NCBI GenBank assembly: GCA_963773875.1
Contig: CAVZCV010000013.1
Coordinates: 82,852 to 146,851 of the forward strand
DNA from: Pirellulales bacterium
GTDB taxonomy: Bacteria > Planctomycetota > Planctomycetia > Pirellulales > JADZDJ01
DNA: 64,000 nucleotides
Reading direction: 5' to 3'
The notes under the pieces are model-generated. The model ran no database searches. It was given only the letters and a program-made list of their open reading frames with translations, and was not told the DNA's origin. Positions 7,895-18,470 of this stretch are shown here, in pieces. The stretch's first letter is position 1. Each line of letters begins with the position of its first letter. Position numbers and translations under genes: made by a program.

Positions 7895-10294
7895 TTAAGC
7901 ATTCAACGTGAGCATTCCGCGCGATTTCAATGCCCCACGATTCCCTACTGTCCGACCCGCGCGGCCGTAGACGCCGAAAATGCCCGCGAACATCAAAAGA
8001 ATGGATGCAGGTTCGGGCACCGCGATCGTCGAACCGTTCCCGCTGCTAATCAATAAATCGAGCATCCCCTGAATATCGCGGTTGGTGACGGCTCCGGAGG
8101 AATCAAAATCGCCAATTAACGCCAGCTGCGCCAGGGTCAGTGAATTCGTGGTTGCATACACATTCAAGTCGGTCAGCGCGGCTAGCATCGCCGGAACATC
8201 GGCGGCGGTCACTTGGCCGTCGCGGTTCCAATCGCCATGCACAGTGTTCGTTACGATCAACGAGCCGTTTGAGTAGAACTGCGATGCGTCCCAGCCAAGC
8301 GGTGCGGTCAACGCAGGCAACTCAACGGCGGCGAATTTGCCGCTCGATGAACCCCAATTGAAAAACTCGAACTGTTGCCCTGCCATTGGCTGGAAGCCAT
8401 TCAACGAAACCGTGAAGGTGCCACCGAACGACAACTGTCCCGTCGTGTGAACTTTGTCGAACGTTGCATCCGCGGGTCCGCCGAATTGAAGAATCGTCAG
8501 GCTGTTGGGTCCCAAGTGCAGGTTGCTGAAAGTCTCTGTCACAGGATCGCCCGGTTGCAGCGTGCCATCGATAAAGGCGGTTCCGCCGCCAGTGACGCCG
8601 TTTGAGCCGGAATACACGCCTTGAAACGTTGCCGATGAGCCAGCATCGATGCTGATGGTGCCATTGTTAATGACCTTGCCGTGAAACACATTCGGTTGCA
8701 GGCCGGAAATGACAACATTTCCCGTGTTGCTATTGGTGAAGCTGCCCAACACATGAGCGTTGCCCGACATTTGCATCAGGCCGCTATTGGTCAATCCATT
8801 CAACGTTGTGACTGTGCCGCCCAATTGGATCGTTTTATTCGTGGAGTTTGTCAGCGTGCCGCGGACATCGAGCCCACCGCCGGCGATGGTAATGGCGCCG
8901 TTGTTGATTACGTCGCTTTGCACAATGTAATCGGCATTGCCGCCTACAGTTACTTGGGCACTGTTATTTAGAAATGACGATGTGAACGTGGCGCCTTGAT
9001 CGACTTTGAATTGCGAACCGGCCCCGGAAACTGTCACCGTGGCGGAAAGAATTGCATTCAGGGGTGAGCCGGCAAACGCTGCAATTCCACCGCCAGTCAC
9101 GTTGACATTGCTGGCCGTCAAGTTTCCGCTGGTCATTGTGAAGCTTGCCCCTGCGGCGCTTCCATCTACATTCAAAGTGCCAACATTGAGCGTGCCGCCG
9201 CTAACCATAAAGATGCCGCCATTGTTCACGCCGACTGTCAAAGCATTCAGGCCTTTCGACGCATCGAGATTGAACGTAGAACCCAACAATCCCCCCGCTC
9301 CAACCGCCACGGTGGTTGGCCCAATACTCGCGTTGGTGAATGAATTGGTTCCGGACGACCATGCCGCTGGATCAAAAAATCGGAACGCGCCGCCGACAAC
9401 GGTTGACGTGATACTTAGGACCCCCGTGGCATACACCATGCCAGTGGAAGTGACCGCAACATCGCTCGTGAGGAAACTTTGACCCAAGACGGTCGTCGCG
9501 ACTGTTTCGAGATAGGTTCCGCCAGTAGAATAGACCTTAATTCCGCCTGTGGAGTCAGCAATATAAACACGTCCAGTACCGCTGACGGCAATGCCGTTAT
9601 AGAGTTCGCCGCCGTTGAGAAAACCTGGCCCCGAAGCGTCGCCAAACGACGATTGAAGCACTCCTGCCGTTGAGTAGACTTCGACACGATGCGCACTTTG
9701 CTCGGTTACATACAGCTTCGATTGTGTCTCGTCGAGCGCAACGGAGCTAACAGCGCTGGTTGTAGAAAACGAGCCTGCAGCGCTTCCATCGGTTTTATAC
9801 AGCTTGATTTGCGCACCATTGGCCGCGTACAGCGTACCTGTGGAACTTAGCGCGACCCCTGACGGATTAGCCGTAATGAATTGACCGTTTCCAATCAGGC
9901 TTTGGCCCACGCCATTTTGTCCAAACACGACGATGCGGTCGGTCAGGACGTCGGCGAGATAGGTTTTGCCGTCGCTGCCAACGGCCGCGTCAAATGGCTC
10001 GCTAAAAAAAACAAGTGGCAGCGATGGCGTAAGTGCTGCAATGAAATCGCCATCCCCCGTGTAGATGCTGCCGAGGGCGGTAAATTGTCCCTGGGCATTC
10101 AGGTACGAGCCAACATAGACCGTGCCCGTGGGATTTGCGGCGCTAATTTGACTAACGCCGATCGAAATGGGAACGGCAATGTTTCCCAGACCGACATTCG
10201 CGAACTGATTGAGCAGCGTAATATCGGCCCGCGCAGTTAGCGAAAGCGCAAGCACCACGAATACTGCGATTACTATCGTCCGAATTTTATTCAT
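7895..10294 (-). CDS. PEP-CTERM-anchored surface protein: NHL-like propeller region, beta-helix-like G/N/T/S repeats, dockerin-like pair
   Basis: Start MNKIRTIVIAVFVVLALSLTARA (ATG 10294). NHL-like blades (KLYVTEQSAHRVEVYSTAGV, GRVYIADSTGGIKVYSTGG). C-terminus GDWNRDGQVTAADVPAMLAALTD...GDFDSSGAVTNRDIQGMLDLL...VPEPASILLMFAGIFGV. Confidence 0.85.
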   Translation of the reverse strand: MNKIRTIVIAVFVVLALSLTARADITLLNQFANVGLGNIAVPISIGVSQISAANPTGTVYVGSYLNAQGQFTALGSIYTGDGDFIAALTPSLPLVFFSEPFDAAVGSDGKTYLADVLTDRIVVFGQNGVGQSLIGNGQFITANPSGVALSSTGTLYAANGAQIKLYKTDGSAAGSFSTTSAVSSVALDETQSKLYVTEQSAHRVEVYSTAGVLQSSFGDASGPGFLNGGELYNGIAVSGTGRVYIADSTGGIKVYSTGGTYLETVATTVLGQSFLTSDVAVTSTGMVYATGVLSITSTVVGGAFRFFDPAAWSSGTNSFTNASIGPTTVAVGAGGLLGSTFNLDASKGLNALTVGVNNGGIFMVSGGTLNVGTLNVDGSAAGASFTMTSGNLTASNVNVTGGGIAAFAGSPLNAILSATVTVSGAGSQFKVDQGATFTSSFLNNSAQVTVGGNADYIVQSDVINNGAITIAGGGLDVRGTLTNSTNKTIQLGGTVTTLNGLTNSGLMQMSGNAHVLGSFTNSNTGNVVISGLQPNVFHGKVINNGTISIDAGSSATFQGVYSGSNGVTGGGTAFIDGTLQPGDPVTETFSNLHLGPNSLTILQFGGPADATFDKVHTTGQLSFGGTFTVSLNGFQPMAGQQFEFFNWGSSSGKFAAVELPALTAPLGWDASQFYSNGSLIVTNTVHGDWNRDGQVTAADVPAMLAALTDLNVYATTNSLTLAQLALIGDFDSSGAVTNRDIQGMLDLLISSGNGSTIAVPEPASILLMFAGIFGVYGRAGRTVGNRGALKSRGMLTLNA

Positions 10295-10569
10295 CGCTGT
10301 TCTTGCTGGGTTACGGAGTGAGAATGCACGCGATGACACACGTTCGCGGCAATCGCATTTGGCTTTTCAATCTTCGCCGGTCGATCAAGATGTGACACTA
10401 ACCACCACAAGTCCTGGCGGCTGTGATTGCGGCAACGATTGATGTCGTTCACAGGGGTCTAACGGCCGGTGCGGTGCGATCAACTTACTGTAACGACCGA
10501 CGCAGAGCAATCTTTGCCGGCCCGGGCGCTGCTCAAATTACGTCGAAAACTACGGCGACAGCGGCCCTG

Positions 10570-10812
10570 CTAACAAATTCGGCGAAACGAGCGCCGTTGA
10601 CTCGATAAAGCAATCATAAAGAGACCGACGCACAGAAGGACAAATCCTGCAGGCTCCGGCACCGATTCAACCGTCCCGCCACCAAGACTCGCCACGTAAT
10701 CAAGCAGGCCTTGAATGTCGCCGTTGGTGACGGTTCCCGAATTATCGAAATCGCCAATTAAAGCCAATTGCGCCGCAGTTAGCGTTTTTTCTGCAGTGCA
10801 CTGCATGGGCAA
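10570..10812 (-). pseudogene. orphan 3' cassette of a PEP-CTERM/dockerin gene (second dockerin repeat plus PEP-CTERM anchor only)
   Basis: 80-aa ORF ...LTAAQLALIGDFDNSGTVTNGDIQGLLDYVASLGGGTVESVPEPAGFVLLCVGLFMIAL. Homologous to the last ~70 aa of the two upstream paralogs, but has no signal peptide or passenger domain. Abuts the mfd 5' region. Confidence 0.7.
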
Positions 10813-10856
10813 TCGGCGTTTTTTCGTAAACCATTTCTGCCTATAATTCTCCGCAC

Positions 10857-13800
10857 ATGACCGAGGCCGTTGCCCAGCTGGGTTCGGCTCGGCTCGAAGA
10901 GCTGGCCGAGCGTTTGGATGCGCAAGAAGGCTACGCCGAAGTGATCGCCAGTCTGCAGGCCGGACATGGCGGGGCGCTGGGCGGAGTCTGGGGGTCGAGC
11001 TGCGCGCTTATCGCCGCGAATCTGGCGCGGCAGTTGGTGAGTCGGTGAGTGGCCGGCGGGTGAGTCGGGAGCGCCGAAGAACGCAACTCCATCGAAACGT
11101 CGACGGGCGCGAACTGCGATCCCAAGCCGCGCCGGTGATGCAGATGAGGACGCGGAACAACGAACCTTGGTTGTTGTATGTCCAAGGGACGGCGACGTGG
11201 ACGATTTTTGGGATGACCTCAAGGTCTTTGCACCGCAATTGTTTTCCGGCGACCGGTTGGAGAAATTTCCCGCTTGGGAATCGGCGCCCGGCTGAGAGCG
11301 GCCTGCAAGATGAAGCGCATGGCGAGCGTTTGCGGGTCATCAAACGGTTTGTAAGCCGGGCGCCGCAAGTCGTCGTCACCAGCATTCAGGCGCTGTTGCA
11401 GGCGGTGCCGCCGCGGGAAGTGCTGCAAGCCAACACGCGCCGTTTGAAAGTGGGCGACGACATCGATCCCAACGCCTTGTTGCGCTGGCTCGCAGAAAAT
11501 GGGTTTCAAAATACGACGGCTGTGGAACTGCCAGGCGAGTTTTCGCCACGCGGCGGCATTATCGACGTGTTCGCGGCCGACTGGCTGCATCCGGTGCGGA
11601 TCGAGCTGTTTGGCGACACGATTGAATCGATTCGCAGTTTCGAAGTTAGCACGCAGCGAAGCGTGGAGACACTTGGCGAAATCGATATTACGGCACTCAC
11701 CAAAGAACACGTAACCAGCGGCGCTGGAAAAGGAATCAACCATTTCGCAGCCCATTTGCCGCCGCACTCCTGGTTCTTGTTGATCGAGCCGCACGAGATG
11801 CAAGAAGAAGCTCGCCACTATCGACAGCGATTGGAGCGGCCGCAGGATGTGCACGATATCGACGATACGCTGGCCAGCATTTATCGCTTCCCTTCTGTCA
11901 CGGCGGCCGCGGTGGCCAGCGGCTCGATGGAAGCGGAATGCCAGTTGCGCATTGAAAGCGTGGAACGCTTCAGCGGCGACATCAGCAAAGTTCGCGATGA
12001 GCTCGACACGGTTGGTTTGGGCTACGAAGTGCATCTGATTTGTCCAACGGAAGCGGAGGTCGATCGGCTGCGCGAAATCTTTGGCACCACCAAACTCGCC
12101 CAGGCTGGCCGTCTGCATTTTCCAATTGGCCGTTTGCAGGCCGGCTTTCGACTAGTGAGCGAGCGGATTGTGCTGGTTTCGAGCGCGGAACTGTTTCATC
12201 GCACAGAATTGAATCGCCCCGCGCGGCGACGATTGGGCCGCGTGATCGATAGCTTTCTCGAACTCCGCGAAGGCGATTACGTCGTGCACCTTTCGCACGG
12301 CATCGGCCGGTATCGCGGCCTGAAACTGCTCGAAAAAAACGGCGCAGTGGAAGAGCATCTGGAACTCGAGTTCCACGGCAACACTCGAATTTTCGTGCCG
12401 GCCTCGAACATCGATTTGGTGCAGAAATACATCGGCGGCAGCAAATCGCGGCCCAGCCTGGCGCGAATTGGCGGACGGATGTGGCAGCGGCAAAAAGAAG
12501 CAGCCGCTCGGGCAGTGGTCGATCTCGCATCCGACATGCTCTCCGTTCAAGCGATGCGCGCCATGCGGCCGGGCATCGAGTTTCGGGCCGATTCGGAGTG
12601 GCAGCGCGAATTTGATGCCGCATTTCCGTACCGCGAAACGCCGGACCAACTCACCGCAATCGCCGCCATCAAGCACGATATGCAACTGCCGCGGCCGATG
12701 GATCGGTTGCTCTGCGGCGATGTTGGCTACGGCAAAACAGAGCTCGCCATTCGCGCGGCGTTTAAAGCCGTTGACGCCGGATTTCAGGTGGCCGTGCTGG
12801 TGCCGACCACGATTCTTGCGGAACAGCATCATCGCACGTTCATCCAACGCATGGCAGAGTTTCCGTTCCGCATCGATGTGCTCAGCCGTTTCGCCACCGA
12901 TAAGCAGCAGCGTGAAACCATTAAAGGTTTGATCGATGGCTCGGTGGACATCGTCATCGGCACGCACCGACTGGCACAAGCCGATGTGAATTTCCACAAC
13001 CTCGGTCTTTTGATTATCGATGAAGAACAGCGATTCGGCGTCGATGTCAAAGAACGGCTTAAAGCGCTGCGGGCCACGGTCGACATCCTCACGATGACGG
13101 CAACGCCTATTCCGCGCACCCTGCATATGTCGCTTCTCGGATTGCGAGATATTTCCAATTTGGAAACCGCGCCCGAGGACCGCATTGCCGTGGAAACCCG
13201 CGTCACGCGGTTCGATGAGGAACTTATTCGCCACGGCATCCTGCGCGAGCTGAACCGCAACGGCCAGGTGTTCTTCGTTCACAACCGCGTGAACGATATT
13301 CAACTGCTCGCGTACAAGCTGCAGCGCATCGTTCCGGACGCTCGTATTCGCATTGGTCACGGGCAGATGCCAGAAAGCCAGCTTGAGCAAGTCATGTTCG
13401 ATTTTGTGAATCATAAATTTGACATCCTGCTGGCTACGACGATTGTGGAAAGCGGACTCGACATTCCCAACGCGAACACCATTTTCATCGACGAAGCCGA
13501 TCGTTACGGCCTGGCCGATTTGCATCAACTGCGCGGTCGCGTCGGCCGGTACAAACATCGCGCCTACTGTTATCTGCTGCTTGACCAGAACAAATATCTT
13601 TCGACCAATTCCGCCAAGCGATTACGGGCCATCGAAGAATTCAGCGATATGGGCGCCGGCTTTGCCATTGCAATGCGCGATCTGGAAATTCGCGGCGCCG
13701 GCAACATTCTTGGCACGCAGCAAAGCGGACATATTGCGACCGTCGGTTATGAGCTGTATTGCGAGCTGCTCGAACAAGCGGTCCGCAAGGCCAAACAATT

Positions 13801-14239
13801 GCCGCCGCGCGAAACGGTCGATGTGCGCATCGACTTGCCCGGCGAAACATTTCTCCCGCGGACCTACGTGCCCGATATGCGAATGAAGATCGATCTGTAT
13901 CGGCGGTTGACTCGCGTGACGACCGCCGAAGAAACTTCCGATTTGCGCACTGAGATGCTCGATCGTTTTGGCCCGTTGCCGGAGCCCGCCGAGCGGATGG
14001 TGAAATTTGCCGAAATGCGTGTCGCTGCCGCGCGGTGGCAGATCGATTCGATCGGTCGCGAGGAAGGCTATCTCGTTGTTCAATACACCAGCCGTCCGAA
14101 AATCGAAGAATTGAAAGTGGCAAACCACGGGCGTTTGCGCATCGCCGATCATCGGAGCGCTTATTTGCCCATTGATAAGCAAATTTCCGATCCCGATGTG
14201 TTGCTAGCAACGGTCGAATCGGTCTTGTGCCCAAAGTAG
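10857..14239 (+). CDS. mfd: transcription-repair coupling factor Mfd; two frame breaks in the first ~450 nt
   Basis: N-terminus 10857..11048 (…LQAGHGGALGGVWGSSCALIAANLARQ). Middle piece in frame 1, 11041..11295 (…TLVVVCPRDGDVDDFWDDLKVFAP…FPAWESAPG*). The rest is the 1064-aa ORF (…ESGLQDEAHGERLRVIKRF… LLCGDVGYGKTE (Walker A), LIIDEEQRFG (DExx-type box), RGRVGR, TRG/C-terminal domain). Confidence 0.9.
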
Positions 14240-14315
14240 CGGGCTCGCTATCATTCCGCCCCCGTCGAGCGGTTCTTTTCGATCTGACCTTCGCCATCCA
14301 TCTATCTGGGCGCAC

Positions 14316-16136
14316 GTGGCTCGCACTTTTTACTCTATCGTGCTGTGCCTGACGTTGGGACTTTTGGCCACCATGTGGCTGCGTCCTGGAATTGCGCAAG
14401 ATATCATCGATTTTGCTCACAGCGTGGTTCGAGCGCAATCGCCCGATCCGCAATCGGTTCCGCAGGCAGTACCGACGGGAAATATTCCGTACAACAATAT
14501 TCCTGGCCCGCCGGCACAACCGCGCCGGTGACTCGGCCCGTTACGTGGCCGGGCACGCCTGTCGATTCTTACAGCGACAATGTGAACGGCGGCGGAAATA
14601 ACGCGGGAGTTGTTTCTTCGTACGGCATGACACCGCCGGCGGCTCGACCGGGCGTGACCGTATGGGATCCGAATTCGCGCAGCAATGTGCCAGCACCATC
14701 GACCGATGAATCGCGTGGGCCGCCGGGCGCGTTCTTGCCTCACGCCACACCAGATTCCGCTGCGCTGTATCCGCCCAACAATGCTCCGCCTGCCGCCACT
14801 CAGTTCGCGCAGATTCCGGGCGGCCAACCGGCGATGCAGCTTGCCCAGTTGCCCGGCGCAGGCGGATTCGCCGGGACTGCGCCGCAACCGCAATTCGACG
14901 GGCAAGCGCCGACGAACGGGCAGCCGCCACCCTATGGCCAAACTGCGCCAAATGGACCGATGCCGCAGATGAACCCGATCCGGCCGCAAGCAGCATCTGG
15001 ATATCCCACAACATCGGATCCAGCCGCGCCGATCTATCCCACCACGTCGCCAACCGCACCGATTGAATCACCCCTCCCAACCGCCCCTCAACCTCAACCA
15101 ACCGCCGGACTGGGCGGTGCAAACCAACTTCAACGGCACGAACGTTCAAGTTTTGCCAAGCGAAGCAAAAGAGGTTCCCGATTCGCAAATCATCGCCAAG
15201 GTGGGTACGGAAACAATTTTGCGAAGCGACGTCAAAGCGATGGCCTTCGCGGTGCTGCAGCAGAAAAAATTCGACGTACCGCCCGATCAGTTGCCGCAGT
15301 TTTTGGAAATGGCTGAACGGCCGTTGCTCAAGCAACTTGTCGAAATGAAGCTCGTTTATAACGACGCCATACACAGCATTCCTGCTGAAGGCATGAAGAA
15401 AATCCAAGCCGGCATTGGCGACGACTTCGACAAGAAGGAACTGCCGAAGCTGCTCACGAACAACGGTGTTAGCACGCGTCAAGAGTTGGAAGCGAAGCTG
15501 CGCGAGCGCGGCAGTTCCATTGAATGGGAACGCCGTATCTTCTTTGAAAAAAACTTGTACGGCGGTTGGATGAGCCAGAAAATCAAGCGCGATGAAGAAA
15601 TCGCTGCCGCGGAAATCCTGAGCTATTACACCCAGCACGCCGCCGACTACGAATTCCCCGCCGAAGCGAAGTGGGAAGAGTTGATGGTCAGCTTCAGCCG
15701 GTATCCCGATAAACAGGCCGCAACGAATGCGATTGTCGAAATGGGCAATGCCGTCATGCAGGGTGCGCCATTTGCGGAAGTCGCCAAGGCGCGCTCCGAC
15801 GGCATTACCGCCGCCAGTGGCGGCGCTTACGATTTCACCACGAAAGGCAGCCTCGCCTCAAAGGAATTGGATGCCAATGTGTTCGGGCTGCCCGTGGGAA
15901 GCCTGAGTCGAATCATCGAGTCGGAACGCGGCTACCACATCATCCGGGTCACTGAGCGCAAAGAGGCCGGACGCAAATCGTTTGAAGACATGCAGACCGA
16001 AATCAAAAAGAAGTTGAAAGATCAGAACGTCGAACGGCAAGTGAAAACATATCTTGATGAATTGCGCAAGAAGACGCCGGTGTGGACGATCTATGACGAC
16101 AAGCCTGGCGGTTTGGAGGGTCCTGCGAAGGAGTGA
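14316..16136 (+). CDS. SurA-like periplasmic chaperone / parvulin-type peptidyl-prolyl isomerase with P/Q-rich linker; apparently read in frames 0 -> 2 -> 0
   Basis: Signal peptide ORF 14316..14531 (MARTFYSIVLCLTLGLLATMWLRPGIAQD). P/Q-rich ORF in frame 2 (14345..15316). SurA-N plus PpiC domain in ORF 15063..16136 (…GGAYDFTTKGSLASKELDANVFGLPVGSLSRIIESERGYHIIRVTERKE). The PPIase ORF alone lacks any signal peptide. Confidence 0.75.
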
Positions 16137-16205
16137 TCCTAAAATCGCCGCCTGCCGGCCTGCCCCCTCTTGCGAGGTAATAAGGTCCCGATAATAATCG
16201 CAGCC

Positions 16206-16721
16206 ATGTCGGCGACTCCGGCGAAAAATATTGAGTTAAAAGCTCGGCTGCACAATCTGCCGGCCGCTCGGCAAGTGGCTTTGCAAATCGCGACCGGCTC
16301 TCTTGGCATCCAGCAGCAGGTCGACACATACTTTCATTGCCCTCAAGGCCGCATGAAGTTGCGTGAAATTAACTCGCATACTTCGCAGCTCATCTGGTAC
16401 GAACGTCCCGACCAAACCGATTCAAAAGACAGCGAATATCTGATTGTCGAAGTGTCTCGCCAGCGGGCAAAATCGCTGAAAGCGCAAATGGGTATTCGCG
16501 GCGTGGTGTCCAAACGCCGGGAAATATTCTTGCACAAAAATGTGCGCATTCATTTGGATGAAGTCGAAGGGTTGGGCAACTTCATTGAATTCGAAGCCGT
16601 GCTGGGAGAACGTCTCAGCGAGGCTACCGGTCGACGCCAGGTGGCGGAACTCCGCAAGCGGTTCGGCATCGGGAACGATGATTTGTTGGCCGTCTCCTAC
16701 GCCGAGCTGCAATCCACATAG
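16206..16721 (+). CDS. CYTH-domain protein (class IV adenylate cyclase / CyaB-like)
   Basis: MSATPAKNIELKARL… (the EхK motif at the N-terminus defines CYTH), …VRIHLDEVEGLGNFIEFEAV… ATG at 16206 inside ORF 16170..16721. Confidence 0.8.
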   Translation: MSATPAKNIELKARLHNLPAARQVALQIATGSLGIQQQVDTYFHCPQGRMKLREINSHTSQLIWYERPDQTDSKDSEYLIVEVSRQRAKSLKAQMGIRGVVSKRREIFLHKNVRIHLDEVEGLGNFIEFEAVLGERLSEATGRRQVAELRKRFGIGNDDLLAVSYAELQST

Positions 16722-16986
16722 TCCGACCGTCCCGGTCGGAAGAAATGCAACTGAACGTCCCCCTCGCATCGCCGATATACGTGCGAAAAACTCCTCCGAC
16801 CGGAACGGTCGGACTATATGGCGTCGACTGCGTTACCGCTGCGAATTGTCGCCGGACGCTTTGCCCGCTACACTTCTATATCGCCATGGCGGATGCGGCT
16901 CTGCCGAAACTGCCCGGATCTTCTCCGTGCCTCCCCGTCTCCGTGGCGACGTTCTTACCTGCATCGAGCGAGAAAGGCATCGGCGA

Positions 16987-18277
16987 ATGGGCGAGCAAGC
17001 CAAACTGCTCTACAACGGTCGGGATCTGGAACTGCCAGTTATCACGGGCACCGAGCACGAGAACGCCATCGATATTTCCAAGCTGCGCAGCAACGGGCTT
17101 GATCACGATGGACGATGGCTACGTCAACACGGGCTCCGTCGTCAGCCGAATCACTTTCCTGGACGGCGAGCAAGGTATCTTGCGCTATCGTGGTTATCCA
17201 ATTGAAGTGCTGGCCGAGCGCAGCGATTTTGTCGAAACAAGCTACTTGCTGATCTACGGCGAGTTGCCGAGCCCGACGCAGCTCGACTATTTCCGCACCT
17301 CGCTGCAGCGCCACACGATGCTGCACGAAGAGATGAAATCGTTTTACGACGGCTTTCCGCGCGACGCCCATCCGATGGCCATTCTTTCGAGCGTCGTGGG
17401 CGCACTGTCCACGTTCTATCAAGATTCGCTTGACCCGCGCGACGCACGCCAGGTGGAAGTTTCGGTCCACCGACTGATGGCCAAGCTGCCCACGATTGCC
17501 GCCTACAGCTACAAAAAATCGACGGGCCAACCATTCATGTATCCTCGGAACGATTTGGACTACGCACAGAACTTTCTGTATTTGATGTTCGGCGTGCCAT
17601 GTGAAGAGTACGTTGTCGACCCCGACTTTGTCGAAGCTCTGAATCTGTTGTTCATTGTGCATGCCGATCACGAACAGAACTGCAGCACGAGCACCGTGCG
17701 CATGGTCGGATCGAGCGACGCAAATCTGTTTGCTTCGATTTCCGCTGGAATTTGTGCCCTCTGGGGTCCTCTGCATGGCGGGGCAAACCAGGCGTGCGTC
17801 GAAATGCTCGAAGACATTCGCGCCGACGGCGGCAACGTGAAGAAGTACGTCGAGCTGGCCAAGAAAAAAGATTCCGGCTTCCGCCTGATGGGTTTCGGCC
17901 ACCGCGTTTACAAAAATTTCGATCCGCGGGCCACCATCATCAAACGTTGCTGCGATAAGCTCTTGGCAAAGATGAAAATACGGGATCCGATTTTCGATAT
18001 TGCGCAGGAGCTCGAGGACGCCGCATTGAAAGACGACTATTTCATCGAACGCAAGCTATACCCCAACGTCGATTTCTACAGCGGCGTCGTCTACCGCGCG
18101 ATGAACATTCCGGTCAACATGTTCACTGTGCTGTTTGCCATCGGTCGCCTGCCAGGTTGGATTGCCCACTGGATGGAAATGCACACGAGCCCCTCGGGGA
18201 AGAAAATTGCCCGACCGCGGCAGATTTACAATGGCGCGCTCAAGCGCGATTACGTGCCGCTGGAAAAGCGAGGCTGA
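16987..18277 (+). CDS. gltA: citrate synthase (type II, GltA); one frame break near codon 36
   Basis: N-terminus MGEQAKLLYNGRDLELPVITGTEHENAIDISKLRS in frame 1 (ATG 16987). The rest, …TGLITMDDGYVNTGSVVSRITFLDGEQGILRYRGYPIE…HADHEQNCSTSTVR…GFGHRVYKNFDPRA…, is in frame 2 to 18277. Junction ~17085-17098. Confidence 0.92.
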
Positions 18278-18470
18278 AACCCTCGCCCCCTCAGAACGGT
18301 GCGGGCGCGAACTGGGGGACGAACCGGCCGGAACATCTCGCTTCATCAATTTCTATTTCGCGCAGAAAAAACCGCCGTCATCGTTGGCCTACCATGACTG
18401 GTGAGGCCTTTGTCAACGGCGGCTCAGTGCAATCTCTAATCTTGTCGCAGTTACGGCGATGCCTCAGGCA

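Noticed and set aside
11219-13558. Long minus-strand ORFs (299 aa and 468 aa) opposite mfd. Similar antisense ORFs: 14541..15638, 17042..17902, 46587..47414, 58310..59068, 60095..60877, 62027..63244.
   Set aside because: All lie antisense to strongly conserved genes (mfd, SurA-like, gltA, hflX, HD, imuB, dnaE2). They have biased R/A/G/H composition and no domain signatures, so they are GC-driven shadow ORFs.
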